Shown one piece after another: positions 1 through 9,461 of a stretch of DNA of 64,000 nucleotides. Position 1 is the stretch's first letter; the number at the start of each line of letters is the position of its first letter. The stretch spans positions 6,209 through 70,208 of the forward strand of contig JBBQRP010000003.1 in the NCBI GenBank assembly GCA_038214715.1. The letters run 5' to 3'. Source of the DNA: Thermoanaerobaculia bacterium. GTDB lineage: Bacteria > Acidobacteriota > Thermoanaerobaculia > UBA5066. The position numbers and the translations under genes are program-made. Below the pieces are notes generated by a model. It saw nothing but the letters and a program-made list of their open reading frames with translations. It had not been told where the DNA came from and did no database searches.

Positions 1-128
1 TTACGCGGGAGGCGGGGGACACTTCTTCTGAAGGGCCCGGCGCCGCGGCGTCACTTCCCCGAGGGACGGACTAAACTTCCGGCCGGACTCTTGCGTCTGA
101 CAGAGGGTTACCGGACTCGAGTCCCCAA

Positions 129-1415
129 GTGAGGAACATGATGCGCTTCATACCATCGGCTTTCCGCCCCCATGCGTTCGCCGCTCTTGCCGCCCTCTCT
201 CTCCTCCCGGGAACGTTGGCGGCGGACACGCCCGCGACGACGCAGTGGGTCGTCACCTCCGCGAAGGCCTCGGGCGGAGGAAACGATTACGTCACGTCGC
301 TGAGGATCGTCAACCCGAGCGCGACGGCCGCCCCCGTGGACTTGTACTTTCTGCCCGCGTCCTCTCTCGACGGATCGAACAACGCCCTCGGCGACAACAG
401 CGGCGCGCAGAAGGTGTCCGTGACCGTGCCTGCGAACCAGACGCTCGCCCTCGACGATGTTCTCGCCTCGAAGTTCGGAATGGCGGGAGCGGGAGGCATC
501 CGCGTCGAGGCCCCCGGCACCGATGCCGGCGGGCGACCGCTCGCCGTATGGGTACTCTCACAAACGCTCGTCGTGAACGCGAAGAGCGCAACGGGCGTCT
601 CCGGGACAAACGGCTTCGCGATCCCCTCCCAGAGCCAGGATCAGCTCCTCGCCGTCGGCGAGACGGCTTACGTGCCCTATATCTCGGGGTCTCCCACGAG
701 CACGAGCGGCTACCGGACGAACCTCTTTCTCCTCTCCGCGAACGGCACCGGAAACACGGTCGTCAACGTGACGCTCCGGAAGGCGGACGGCACGTCGGCC
801 GGGACGAAGACCCTCACCCTCGGCAAGTTCTCGCAGACGCAGATCAACGGCATCGCGAACTTCTTCGGCTACACGCCGGCCGCGAGCGACACGAACATGA
901 CCGCGCTCCTGACGGTCGTGAGCGGCGGACCCATCGCCACGGGCGCCTCCGTCATCGACAACGCGATCGGGTCCATCAGCTACTCGCCGCCCGTCAAGCT
1001 CCCCGTCGCGAACAATGGGGCTTACGGACTCGTCCTGAACGACGGCTACGGTTTCTCGGGGCGCGCCGAGGTCTTCGGAGGCGCGTTCGACTACTTCTCC
1101 GCCGGCGTGGTACTGCCAACGTGTGCCGGATCAGCGACGCTCTTCTTCGTACAGGGCATCGGAACCCCCGGCGCCGACCAGAACGCTACGTTCACGAAGA
1201 ACGCGGACGGCTCGACGTCCTTCGCTGGCACGATGAAGGATTCCTCGAACGCAACCGAGGCCACGTTCTCGGGCACGATCCTGACGAAATACGACGGCAC
1301 GATCTACGGCACGCTCACGTACACCCGCGGCTCGGCGCCCGCCGGAAACCCCTGTCCGGCGGCCACGGTGTCGTTTACTTACGCGGGCTCGAAGGGACAG
1401 GTCCTCCTGCCATGA
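129..1415 (+). CDS. Secreted hypothetical protein (428 aa) with signal peptide and two internally repeated Ser/Thr/Gly-rich beta-type modules
   Basis: GTG start. N-terminal hydrophobic signal (AALAALSLLPGTLAAD). Repeated motifs Y.T.L.IVNPS...V.V and Y.T.L.LLSANG...V.V. Stop overlaps the next start (ATGA). Confidence 0.6.
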   Translation: MRNMMRFIPSAFRPHAFAALAALSLLPGTLAADTPATTQWVVTSAKASGGGNDYVTSLRIVNPSATAAPVDLYFLPASSLDGSNNALGDNSGAQKVSVTVPANQTLALDDVLASKFGMAGAGGIRVEAPGTDAGGRPLAVWVLSQTLVVNAKSATGVSGTNGFAIPSQSQDQLLAVGETAYVPYISGSPTSTSGYRTNLFLLSANGTGNTVVNVTLRKADGTSAGTKTLTLGKFSQTQINGIANFFGYTPAASDTNMTALLTVVSGGPIATGASVIDNAIGSISYSPPVKLPVANNGAYGLVLNDGYGFSGRAEVFGGAFDYFSAGVVLPTCAGSATLFFVQGIGTPGADQNATFTKNADGSTSFAGTMKDSSNATEATFSGTILTKYDGTIYGTLTYTRGSAPAGNPCPAATVSFTYAGSKGQVLLP

Positions 1416-1807
1416 AAAAGCCGCCACTCCGCGCGCTCGAGGCTCTCACGGGGGCCGCGGCAATCGCCGCCGTCGTAATGATCGCCGCCTTCCCCGCCCG
1501 CGCCGCTGATCTCTACGGCAAGCCGCTGCGCGGACTGTCTCCCGTGGCCGTACGCGAGGTCGTGAAAGAGCCGGCACGCTTCTCGGCGAAGGCGGTGAGA
1601 GTCGAAGGATCGAACGCGGGGGCTGCCGGCAGCCCGGCGCTGAGGGATGGCGACGCCGTTCTCCCGATCGTCTCCGACGGCTCCTACACCCTCCCGGGCG
1701 ACCTCGCGGGAGGATTCCTCGCGGCAGAGGGCCGGACGCGGACCGGGGCTTCGGGAGCGGTCTTCGTGGCCACGGGGCTCGAAGTCCGCCGCGAGCCGTC
1801 CCGATGA
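1412..1807 (+). CDS. Small secreted protein (131 aa), possibly an OB-fold-like periplasmic protein
   Basis: ATG at 1412 overlaps the upstream stop (ATGA). Signal peptide MKKPPLRALEALTGAAAIAAVVMIAAFPARAADLYGK. Same frame as the tail of the 245..1807 track ORF. Confidence 0.5.
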   Translation: MKKPPLRALEALTGAAAIAAVVMIAAFPARAADLYGKPLRGLSPVAVREVVKEPARFSAKAVRVEGSNAGAAGSPALRDGDAVLPIVSDGSYTLPGDLAGGFLAAEGRTRTGASGAVFVATGLEVRREPSR

Positions 1808-2328
1808 AGCCCCAAAAACTCGGTGCCGCGGCGCTCGCCGGGGCCTTTCTCCTCGCGGGCGCCTGTCGTTCCCCCGAAGAGACCCGTTCCCTGAATTTCG
1901 ATCCTGAGACGACGACGGGGGCGCTCGGCGCGGGTTGGGACGGATTCGAGAAGACCGAGCTCGGCGACACGTTCGTCTGGGCGCACGGGCGCGAAGCGCA
2001 CGTGACGATCGTGAGCCGGGACGGCGGAGACAGGCTCGTGCGCTTTCGCTGCTGGCCGTTCGCCTTCGCGGGGGCACCGCCCCAGACGCTCACGCTCTAC
2101 GTCAACGACAAGAAGACCGAAACGCTCGCGCTCGGCGGCGAGGCCCGCGTGTATGCCGTCGCGATCCCCCGCTCGTTCTGGAAGAAGGGCGCGAACGATC
2201 TCAAGTTCGCCTTCGCCTACGCCGAGTCCCCGAAGGACCGCCTTCCCGGCGCGACGGACGAACGCACGCTTTCGGCGGCCTTCGACTGGCTCGAAGTCCT
2301 CCGCCCCCAGCCGGCCGCGAAAAAGTAG
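1804..2328 (+). CDS. Lipoprotein of unknown function (174 aa)
   Basis: Lipobox LLAGAC after a signal peptide. ATGA overlap with the upstream gene suggests a three-gene coupled operon. Confidence 0.55.
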   Translation: MKPQKLGAAALAGAFLLAGACRSPEETRSLNFDPETTTGALGAGWDGFEKTELGDTFVWAHGREAHVTIVSRDGGDRLVRFRCWPFAFAGAPPQTLTLYVNDKKTETLALGGEARVYAVAIPRSFWKKGANDLKFAFAYAESPKDRLPGATDERTLSAAFDWLEVLRPQPAAKK

Positions 2329-2355
2329 GGCCGGCCGGAGGCGTCGGGCGTCCGC

Positions 2356-3132
2356 TTACTTCTCGTCGACCGGAACCTGCGAGGAGACGAGATTCGGGAA
2401 GAGGGCCTTCATGAACCTGAAGACCTCCTGCGGCTTGGCGTTTTCGCCCTGCTCCCACGAGATGTCTCGGAAACGGTATTCCTCGCCCTTCGACTTCACG
2501 ACCCACTCGAAGCACTCGTTCCCGCCGGCCTTCTTGAGGCACGTGAGCTGCTGCTCCGTGATCTGCTTCGAGGTCAGGAGGACGTTCTTCTTCGCGTCCT
2601 TCGCGTCCGTCCAGCGGAGCGTGTCTTCCTTGTATTCGAGGACGCCGGGGTCCCAGCGGCTCTTGAAGAGGACTACGCCGCCGTTGCGCCGTGCGAGGCC
2701 TTCCCAGCGGGCCGTCGTGGCGGGAATGGGAGTCGGAGTCGGTGCCGGCGGAGACAGCGGGGCGGCGGCCGGCGCGACTCCCCCCGTTGACGTCGTCCCC
2801 GGCCCTCCGCCCGCGACCGCGCTCTTGCGATCCGTCACGGCCGAGATGAGGCTTTCGGGAAGGCCCGCGTTCCGGAGCTTGACGATGTCTTCCGCGGAGA
2901 GGTCCTTCGCGACGTCCGAGCCCGATATGTATTTCTTGAGAAAATCCTCCGACAGGTTCGCCTTCCAGAGCTTGATGAGGTTCTCGACGAGGGTCGGGGT
3001 CGGCGCGAGCGCCGGAATGGAAGTGGAATCCGCGGTCACCTCGGTCGGGGAAATCGGGGTCGGCGTGGGCTGCTGGCCGAGTAGCGGGCCGGAAACGAGC
3101 GCGGCCGCGAGCAATGCAATCGAGCACTTCAT
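2356..3132 (-). CDS. Secreted protein (258 aa) with Pro/Thr-rich linkers and a Cys-containing C-terminal domain; function unknown
   Basis: Internal ATG (MKCSIALLAAALVSGPLLGQQ) is preceded by GGAGGA. The upstream 98 codons of the track ORF are Arg-rich filler. PTPTP linkers are present. Confidence 0.55.
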   Translation of the reverse strand: MKCSIALLAAALVSGPLLGQQPTPTPISPTEVTADSTSIPALAPTPTLVENLIKLWKANLSEDFLKKYISGSDVAKDLSAEDIVKLRNAGLPESLISAVTDRKSAVAGGGPGTTSTGGVAPAAAPLSPPAPTPTPIPATTARWEGLARRNGGVVLFKSRWDPGVLEYKEDTLRWTDAKDAKKNVLLTSKQITEQQLTCLKKAGGNECFEWVVKSKGEEYRFRDISWEQGENAKPQEVFRFMKALFPNLVSSQVPVDEK

Positions 3133-3247
3133 GCGTTCCTCCAAAGTGGAGGGTCGTTCTCGGGGAGAACATTCCCTCTTTTCCTGATCATGGCACGAAC
3201 CGAGCGCGCATGAACCGACGGGAGGGCATCTCCCGTATCCTCCCCGG

Positions 3248-3946
3248 ATGTCTTTGTCCCGCCGCGGGCTCCTGGCCGCATCGTCTCTCGCCCTCCTCGT
3301 CCTCCTCGCGCCCTCCGCCCGGGGCGATGCGGACCCCTGGTCGGCCCGCGTGCGCGCGCTCTCGGACGTACCGCTCGCGACCTTCCAGGGGTCGGACTGC
3401 GTTTCGATCCGTGCGCCGCGTGCCATCGTCTGGAGACTTCTCGTCGCGCCCGAATACGCCGCAAAATGGTTCCTCGCGGCCTCGCCACGCCTGACCCCCC
3501 GGGGTGCCCACTACAAGAAGGGCCCGACCGCGGTCAAGGGCGACACACTCTCTCTCGAGGCGACGACCCCGGAAGGCCCGCGGCACATCGATCTCGCGGT
3601 GATCGTCTCCTCGCCTCCCGACATTCTCGCGTTCCTCGTGCGCTCGGACGCGGCGGAGCTTCTCGACAAGGGGATCGAGAAGCTCTCGTTCACGTTCGGG
3701 CTCGAAACGCTCCCGGACGGCATCACGGACCTCACCCTCGCCTCCCACTACGACTCGGACTCGCCGTTCGCCGCCATCCTGTCTCCGGGGGCGGCCCACC
3801 GGCAGCGGGAGCGCCGCAGGGCCATCCTCGAGATGGTGCGGCTTTTCTCCGAGGAGGTGGCGCGGCTCAAGGATCCACCGCTTCACGAGGTGCCGCTCGC
3901 GCCGCCCCCGCCGACCGTCTACAAGACGCTTCCTCCCCGCAAATGA
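3248..3946 (+). CDS. SRPBCC (polyketide-cyclase/Bet v1-like) family protein with signal peptide
   Basis: Signal peptide LLAASSLALLVLLAPSARGDADP. The motif APRAIVWRLLVAPEYAAKWF resembles the Polyketide_cyc2 N-terminus. Confidence 0.55.
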   Translation: MSLSRRGLLAASSLALLVLLAPSARGDADPWSARVRALSDVPLATFQGSDCVSIRAPRAIVWRLLVAPEYAAKWFLAASPRLTPRGAHYKKGPTAVKGDTLSLEATTPEGPRHIDLAVIVSSPPDILAFLVRSDAAELLDKGIEKLSFTFGLETLPDGITDLTLASHYDSDSPFAAILSPGAAHRQRERRRAILEMVRLFSEEVARLKDPPLHEVPLAPPPPTVYKTLPPRK

Positions 3947-3949
3947 AAA

Positions 3950-3982
3950 ACGGGAGCGCCGCGGCGCCCCCGTCGATGTCAC
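3950..3982. terminator. Candidate bidirectional intrinsic terminator between convergent genes
   Basis: aaaaa-CGGGAGCGCCG/CGGCGCCCCCG inverted repeat around a GCGCCGCGGCGC palindrome. The A-run on + is a U-run for the minus-strand transcript. Confidence 0.4.
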
Positions 3983-4013
3983 GCGCGGCTCGCGCGGGAA
4001 GACCCGCCGTCGA

Positions 4014-5078
4014 CTAGAGGATGACGCCCTTCAGGGGAACCTTCACGTCGGCCTTCGCCTTGTCCGTCGTCTTGATGAGGAGCTCTCCCTCGAAAACGCC
4101 CTTCTTGATCTTCTGGTCGACCGTGAGGACGACCTGCACGCGCGACTTGTCCACGGGGACGATCTCGGCCGAGATGCCCGGGACGTTCGTCTCGGCCTTC
4201 GTGACGGTGAACGTCGGCGCCTGCGCGTTGTTGTTCACGATCATCACGTTGCGCTTCACGGCGTCGCCCTTCGGGTCGAAGTTCCCGAAGTTGATCGAGA
4301 TCGGCGTGACGGAAACCGCGGGTTTCACGAAGCCCGAGAGCGGGATCTCGATTTCCGGCTGCCTCTTGACGCCGGTCGCGACCTTCACGTTGCCGCCGAG
4401 AATCCCCTCCGGCGCGTCGGCCGCCGCCGTCAGCGTGACCTTCCACTGGTTCGCATTTTTGTCCTTGAGAAGCTCCTTCTCGGGGACCTGCGAGAGCGTG
4501 GCCTTCAGGAACGTGTTCGGGGTCTCGACCTTCGACGGCTTGAACTCAGCCTCGTCCGACACGAGGATGACGTCCGACGACGCGGCCTCGCCCGAGAGGG
4601 CCGTGATCCGGAAGAACCCGTACGGGAGGGCCTCGACGAACGGTTTCACGGTCGCCGAAAGGAAGAGAGTCCTCTGCGGCGTCGACGGGTCGTCCGTCAT
4701 GAGGAGCGCCGTCTTCGAGATCGGGCCGGAGAAGTTCTTCGTGTCGACCGTGAGGGTGACCTTGCCCTCGGCCCCCGGCTTGATGACCCTGTCGAACTCC
4801 GGCACCGTGCAGCCGCAGGACGGCTTCACGTCCGTCACGTGGAGGTCGGACTTCCCGGTGTTCTTGAGCACGAACACGTGCTTGATGGGCTCGCCCTTCG
4901 GAACGGTGCCGACGTCTTTCCGATCTTCGACGACGACGAGCTTCGGTCCGGCCGCGGAGGCGGCGTCGGTGGCCTTGGCGGGAGCCTGCGCGACGGCCAT
5001 CGGCGCTCCGGCCGCGGCGAGGACCCCTGCCGCACCGAACGCGAGAACCTTCCGGAGAGAGAATTTCGGGAACATCAT
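4014..5078 (-). CDS. DUF1573 domain secreted protein (354 aa)
   Basis: Start MMFPKF is preceded by AGGAGG. Signal peptide present. The KPSCGCTVPEF motif is typical of DUF1573. The upstream 59 codons of the track ORF were rejected. Confidence 0.65.
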   Translation of the reverse strand: MMFPKFSLRKVLAFGAAGVLAAAGAPMAVAQAPAKATDAASAAGPKLVVVEDRKDVGTVPKGEPIKHVFVLKNTGKSDLHVTDVKPSCGCTVPEFDRVIKPGAEGKVTLTVDTKNFSGPISKTALLMTDDPSTPQRTLFLSATVKPFVEALPYGFFRITALSGEAASSDVILVSDEAEFKPSKVETPNTFLKATLSQVPEKELLKDKNANQWKVTLTAAADAPEGILGGNVKVATGVKRQPEIEIPLSGFVKPAVSVTPISINFGNFDPKGDAVKRNVMIVNNNAQAPTFTVTKAETNVPGISAEIVPVDKSRVQVVLTVDQKIKKGVFEGELLIKTTDKAKADVKVPLKGVIL

Positions 5079-5262
5079 CGGGAGAAGCCTCCTTGGGAAA
5101 CGGGCGGGAAGCCGCCCCTGTTCGAGATTGCGAGTATACGTGCGGCGAGCCCGGCGCGCCCCAAACAGCGCCGGCAAGGCACGCCGAAATGGCGTTTTCG
5201 GCGTTTCGGCGTCTCCTCGGAACCGAACATAGCAAATGCCGGGCCCAACGTGCATTCACCTA

Positions 5263-6066
5263 TCAGCTCTTCGACGGGTCCTCTGCGGCTTCCGCCTCGA
5301 CCGTCACGGCCAGGGCTCCCACTCGCTCGATCCGGACTTCCACGTTCTGCCCGGCCGAAAGAGGCCCGACCCCTTCGGGGGTACCCGTGAGGATGACGTC
5401 GAGTGGCTCGAGCGTCATCGCCGACGAGATCCACGCGACGACCGCGCCGACGTCGAAAATCATTTCGCTGGTCCGCGCGGACTGCTTCACGGCGCCGTCG
5501 ACCAGCGTCTCGAGAAGAAGGTCTTTCGGGTCAACGTCCGTCTCGAGCGCCGGCCCCAGGGGGCAGAACGTGTCGAAGCCTTTCGCGCGCCACCACTGTC
5601 CGTCGCACTTCTGGAGGTCGCGCGCCGAGACGTCGACGGCGCACGTCACGCCCGCGACGACCTCCCGCCACGCATCCTTGGGGACGTGGCGGGCGCGCCG
5701 GCCGATCACGAGCGCGAGCTCTCCTTCGTAGTCGACCCGCGCGCTCGCCCGGGGCAGGACGACGATTCCCCCGTGCGGGACGAGCGCCGAAGGCGCCTTC
5801 AGAAACACGAGCGGCTCCCTCGGAACCTCGTTGCCGAGTTCCTTCGCGTGCGCCGCGTAGTTCCGCCCGATTCCGAGGATCTTCGTCGGAACGGCCGGCG
5901 GCAGGATGTGCGCTCCGCGGCGGGGAAACGGCGGACCCGACCGCTCGACGTTTCCCTTCGCCTCCCACGGCGCTCGGGAGAGAGGGACGAGAGCGTCTCC
6001 CTCGGGGACGGCCCACGTGTCCCGGCCCTCGTGCCTCACCCTCAAGACTCTCACGCGTCCTCCCAT
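5263..6066 (-). CDS. Fumarylacetoacetate hydrolase (FAH) family protein
   Basis: The C-terminal 267 aa of track ORF 5263..6798 carry FAH motifs (YEGELALVIGRRAR...MIFDVGAVVAWISSAMTLEPLDVILTGTPEGVG). ATG at 6066 gives MGGRVRVLRV. The upstream part of the ORF is Arg-rich artefact. Confidence 0.8.
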   Translation of the reverse strand: MGGRVRVLRVRHEGRDTWAVPEGDALVPLSRAPWEAKGNVERSGPPFPRRGAHILPPAVPTKILGIGRNYAAHAKELGNEVPREPLVFLKAPSALVPHGGIVVLPRASARVDYEGELALVIGRRARHVPKDAWREVVAGVTCAVDVSARDLQKCDGQWWRAKGFDTFCPLGPALETDVDPKDLLLETLVDGAVKQSARTSEMIFDVGAVVAWISSAMTLEPLDVILTGTPEGVGPLSAGQNVEVRIERVGALAVTVEAEAAEDPSKS

Positions 6067-6968
6067 TCTTCGGGGTCGAGAGTTCCCTCGAAAACAACCC
6101 GCGCGTCGCCGCCGAGCGTCACGGCGCGCGCGACCTCGCCGTCGCGTTCGAATCCGATCTCGAGGGTCTGGCCCGAACGCGTCGCGACCGAGACAGGCGG
6201 CGCGGCCCTCCCGAGGGCGTTTGCCGCGACGGCGCACGCGACCGCCCCGGAGCCGCAGGCGAGGGTCTCGGTCTCGACACCGCGCTCGAAGGTTCGAATC
6301 GCGAGCCGCGAGCTCGAGAGCACTTTCACGAAGCTCGCGTTCGCGCCGTCCCTCATCGCAGGATGGTGGCGGTGAGGCGGGCCGAGGGCGCCGAGATCGA
6401 GCGCGTCGAGGTCCACGCCTTCCTTCACGAAGAGGACGAGGTGCGGGACCCCGACGAGGAGCGCGAGTGCGTCGCGCTCGAGTGTGAGCCCCGGCGGGTC
6501 GAGGCTCGGGACGGCGCGCCCGACCGCCACGGGCTCCGGCAAGGCGAGCGTGACGCGCCCTTCCGGCGAAATCCGCGCTCCCACCGCGCCCCAGCCCGTG
6601 AGGACGACGGTCTCCGGTCCCGCGAACCCCCGGAGAACCGCAAATCGCGCGGCGCAGCGCGTGCCATTGCCGCAGAAGCGGCCCACCGAGCCGTCGGCGT
6701 TCCGGTAGTCCGCCAGGACGCGTGACGCGGAATTCCCCGCCCGTTCCGGTGCCACGAAGAGAACGCCGTCCGCGCCGACGCCCGTGCCGCGCCGGCACAG
6801 CTTCCGGATCGCGGCGATCTCCCGCTCTCCGGCCTCGACGCGTTCCCCGAAAACGAGGAAGTCGTTTCCCGCGCCGCTCATCTTCGTGAACGAAAGAGGC
6901 AACGCGCCGAGAGGCGACGGGCGGGGTCCCGCACCGCGGGTAGTCGCCGGTCGGCCGGGACCTGTCAT
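6051..6968 (-). CDS. dapF: Diaminopimelate epimerase
   Basis: FTKMSGAGNDFLVF matches the DapF N-terminus (MQFSKMHGLGNDF), and the catalytic-Cys region LACGSGAVA is present. ATG at 6968 has a GAAGGGAG SD and an ATGA overlap with the upstream gene. Alternative starts are TTG 6902 and ATG 6881. Confidence 0.85.
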   Translation of the reverse strand: MTGPGRPATTRGAGPRPSPLGALPLSFTKMSGAGNDFLVFGERVEAGEREIAAIRKLCRRGTGVGADGVLFVAPERAGNSASRVLADYRNADGSVGRFCGNGTRCAARFAVLRGFAGPETVVLTGWGAVGARISPEGRVTLALPEPVAVGRAVPSLDPPGLTLERDALALLVGVPHLVLFVKEGVDLDALDLGALGPPHRHHPAMRDGANASFVKVLSSSRLAIRTFERGVETETLACGSGAVACAVAANALGRAAPPVSVATRSGQTLEIGFERDGEVARAVTLGGDARVVFEGTLDPEEWEDA

Positions 6969-8086
6969 TTTGCGGCTCCCTTCGGGCTCTCGTTTCCCGA
7001 CCGGTCGACGGCGGTCACGCCGTAGGCGCCCGCGGGATAAGGCGTACCGCCGGCGTCGAACGCCGACGCGTCGAAGTACACCGGGTCCGTGAGCCCGTCC
7101 GCGATCCGCCTCCACCCGCCGTCCCCGCGGCGGTAGACGCGGTAGAAGGCGAGGTCGGGGGCGAGACTCGGGGTCCACACGAGCCGCACTCCTCTTCCCT
7201 CGCGGAGGACGAGGACGCCCTCGGGTGCGCCGGGGGCGAAGACGTCCCGCGTGGAGACCGGAACCTCGTCCGCGGCCGGGCCGAGAATGAGCGGGAGCTC
7301 CGCGACCGGCGCGGCGCGAACGGTGTAGACGTAGCGGCGGTCCGGCGCCGCCGCAGCATCCACGAACGTCGTCGCGCCCACGGCCACGCCGAGCGGGCGG
7401 TCCTCGAATTCCTCGTCCGCGGCGTCCCGCCGGTAGACCGCGTAACCCGCGATCTTCGCGGGACGCGTGCCGTCGAGCATCGCGACGGGGGCGCGCCAGT
7501 CCAGGCACACGCGCCCCTCCTCGACCGTCGCGACGATCCCGAACGGGCGGTCCGGAGGGACGCGCGGAAAGAGCGCGACGAGCGGCGACAGCGCGGAGAC
7601 TTTCTTCCGGTCGCGCCGCGCGGTCACCCCGTATCTCAGGAACACGCGCCCGAGCCGCCCTTCACGGAAGAGCGGGACGAGCGGATCGCGCACGACGACG
7701 TCGGGACCGACCGTCGCGGCGTCGACCTCCCACCGGGCGAGCGTCTGGATCGGCTCGGCGCGGGCCCGGAAGCCCTTCTCCTCGCGTTCCCGCGCGACGG
7801 CCTCCGTCGGCATCGCCGGAGGCTTCTCGCCTTCGCGCGCACCGAGGAGCTCGCGGTAGACGGTCACGCCCGTGAGATTCGTGAGCGTTTCGCCCGCGTT
7901 CGTCCGCGACGGATAGGGAAAGCGTAGAACGACGTCGGACCCCTCCTGCGAGATGCGCACGGGCTCGACGCGCGCCGGAAGCACCTGGAGCGGCGGTTCG
8001 GGCGCGATCTTGCGCCCGCAGCCGGGGAGGAAAAGGGCGAGAGGAAGAAGGAAAAGCAGGATCGAAGAAATCGTCATCTTTCTCAC
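6965..8086 (-). CDS. Lipoprotein with three fibronectin type III-like repeats
   Basis: Lipobox LFLPGCG. Repeated L.W.P...Y.VYRR...YY.V.AVD.SGNES pattern typical of Fn3. Confidence 0.55.
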   Translation of the reverse strand: MRKMTISSILLFLLPLALFLPGCGRKIAPEPPLQVLPARVEPVRISQEGSDVVLRFPYPSRTNAGETLTNLTGVTVYRELLGAREGEKPPAMPTEAVAREREEKGFRARAEPIQTLARWEVDAATVGPDVVVRDPLVPLFREGRLGRVFLRYGVTARRDRKKVSALSPLVALFPRVPPDRPFGIVATVEEGRVCLDWRAPVAMLDGTRPAKIAGYAVYRRDAADEEFEDRPLGVAVGATTFVDAAAAPDRRYVYTVRAAPVAELPLILGPAADEVPVSTRDVFAPGAPEGVLVLREGRGVRLVWTPSLAPDLAFYRVYRRGDGGWRRIADGLTDPVYFDASAFDAGGTPYPAGAYGVTAVDRSGNESPKGAAK

Positions 8087-8105
8087 CGTCTCGCTCTTTT
8101 CCGCC

Positions 8106-9461
8106 CTAAAGAACGAAGCGCGAGAGATCGCGGTCCTTCACGAGGCTCGCGAGGGCGCGCTCGACGTAGGCCTTGTCGACGACGATGCGGGCGCCCGCCG
8201 CATCGGGACCCGCGAAGGAAATCTCCTCGAGGACGGTCTCCAGGATCGTGTGCAGCCGCCGCGCGCCGATGTTCTCGAGGTTGCGGTTCACCTCGGCCGC
8301 CGCGCGCGCGATTTCCGCGAGTCCGTCCTCCGCGAAGACCAGCTCGATCCCGTCCGCGGCGAGAAGGGCGGCGGACTGCTTCGGAAGGGCGTGCTCGGGC
8401 TCCGTGATGATGCGTAGAAAATCCTCGTCCGTGAGCGCGTCGAGGGCGACCCGGATCGGGAACCGGCCCTGGAGCTCCGGGATGAGGTCGGAAGGCTTCG
8501 CCATGTGGAAAGCCCCCGCCGCGATGAAGAGCACGTGGTCCGTCTTCACCACACCGTGCTTCGTCTTCACGGTCGTCCCCTCGACGAGCGGCAGAAGGTC
8601 CCGCTGGACGCCCTCGCGTGAAACGTCGGCGCCGCCGCGCGCGCCCTCCTTGCCCGCGATCTTGTCTATCTCGTCGAGGAAGACGATGCCCGTCTCCTCG
8701 GCACGGCGGACGGCCTCCTCGGGCACGGTGGCCTCGTCCGAGAGCGCGTCCGCTTCCCGCGTCACGAGGAGCGGGCGGGCCTCGGACACGGACAGCTTCA
8801 CCTTCTTCTTCTTCGGAGCGCCGAAGAGGTTCGGGAGCATGCCCGGGAGGTCGAACCCCATTTCCTCCACGCCCTGCGGCGTCATGACCGAGATCTGCGG
8901 CGTCCTTTCGTCCGTCACCTCGAACTCGACTTCTCGCGCCTCGTGCTTCCCCTCCCTCAGGTCGCGGCGGATTCGGTCGCGGCCATCGGAAACGCCGACT
9001 CCGGTGAGGCTCTCGGCCGCGCCGGCGGCGAGGGAGATCACGAGAAGCTCCACGAGCCTCTCCTCGGCCGCGGCAGCCGCGCGATCGGCCACGCGGGCGC
9101 GGCGCTCGTCCTTCACGAGCCGGACCGCCGCCTCGACGAGGTCGCGCGCGATCGAGTCGACGTCTCGCCCGACGTATCCGACCTCCGTGAACTTCGACGC
9201 CTCGACCTTCACGAAGGGAGCGTCCACGAGGCGGGCGAGGCGGCGCGCGATCTCCGTCTTGCCGACGCCAGTCGGGCCGATCATGAGAATGTTCTTCGGC
9301 ATCGTGTCGCGCTGCAGATCGGGAGGCAGGCGCTGGCGCCGCCACCGGTCGCGGAGCGCGATCGCGACCGCCCGCTTCGCCCTCGTCTGGCCAACGACGT
9401 GCCGGTCGAGCTCGGCCACGATCTTCCGCGGCGACAGGTCCTTCAGGAGATGGGGCGTCAC
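8106..9461 (-). CDS. hslU: ATP-dependent protease ATPase subunit HslU
   Basis: Walker [16 protein letters not shown]. Full-length similarity to HslU/ClpY. Confidence 0.95.
   Translation of the reverse strand: MTPHLLKDLSPRKIVAELDRHVVGQTRAKRAVAIALRDRWRRQRLPPDLQRDTMPKNILMIGPTGVGKTEIARRLARLVDAPFVKVEASKFTEVGYVGRDVDSIARDLVEAAVRLVKDERRARVADRAAAAAEERLVELLVISLAAGAAESLTGVGVSDGRDRIRRDLREGKHEAREVEFEVTDERTPQISVMTPQGVEEMGFDLPGMLPNLFGAPKKKKVKLSVSEARPLLVTREADALSDEATVPEEAVRRAEETGIVFLDEIDKIAGKEGARGGADVSREGVQRDLLPLVEGTTVKTKHGVVKTDHVLFIAAGAFHMAKPSDLIPELQGRFPIRVALDALTDEDFLRIITEPEHALPKQSAALLAADGIELVFAEDGLAEIARAAAEVNRNLENIGARRLHTILETVLEEISFAGPDAAGARIVVDKAYVERALASLVKDRDLSRFVL

Noticed and set aside
5190-5225. CGCCGAAA-tggcg-TTTCGGCG hairpin upstream of the DUF1573 gene as a terminator
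   Set aside because: There is no U-tract on either strand after the stem. It is more likely a promoter-region structure or coincidence.
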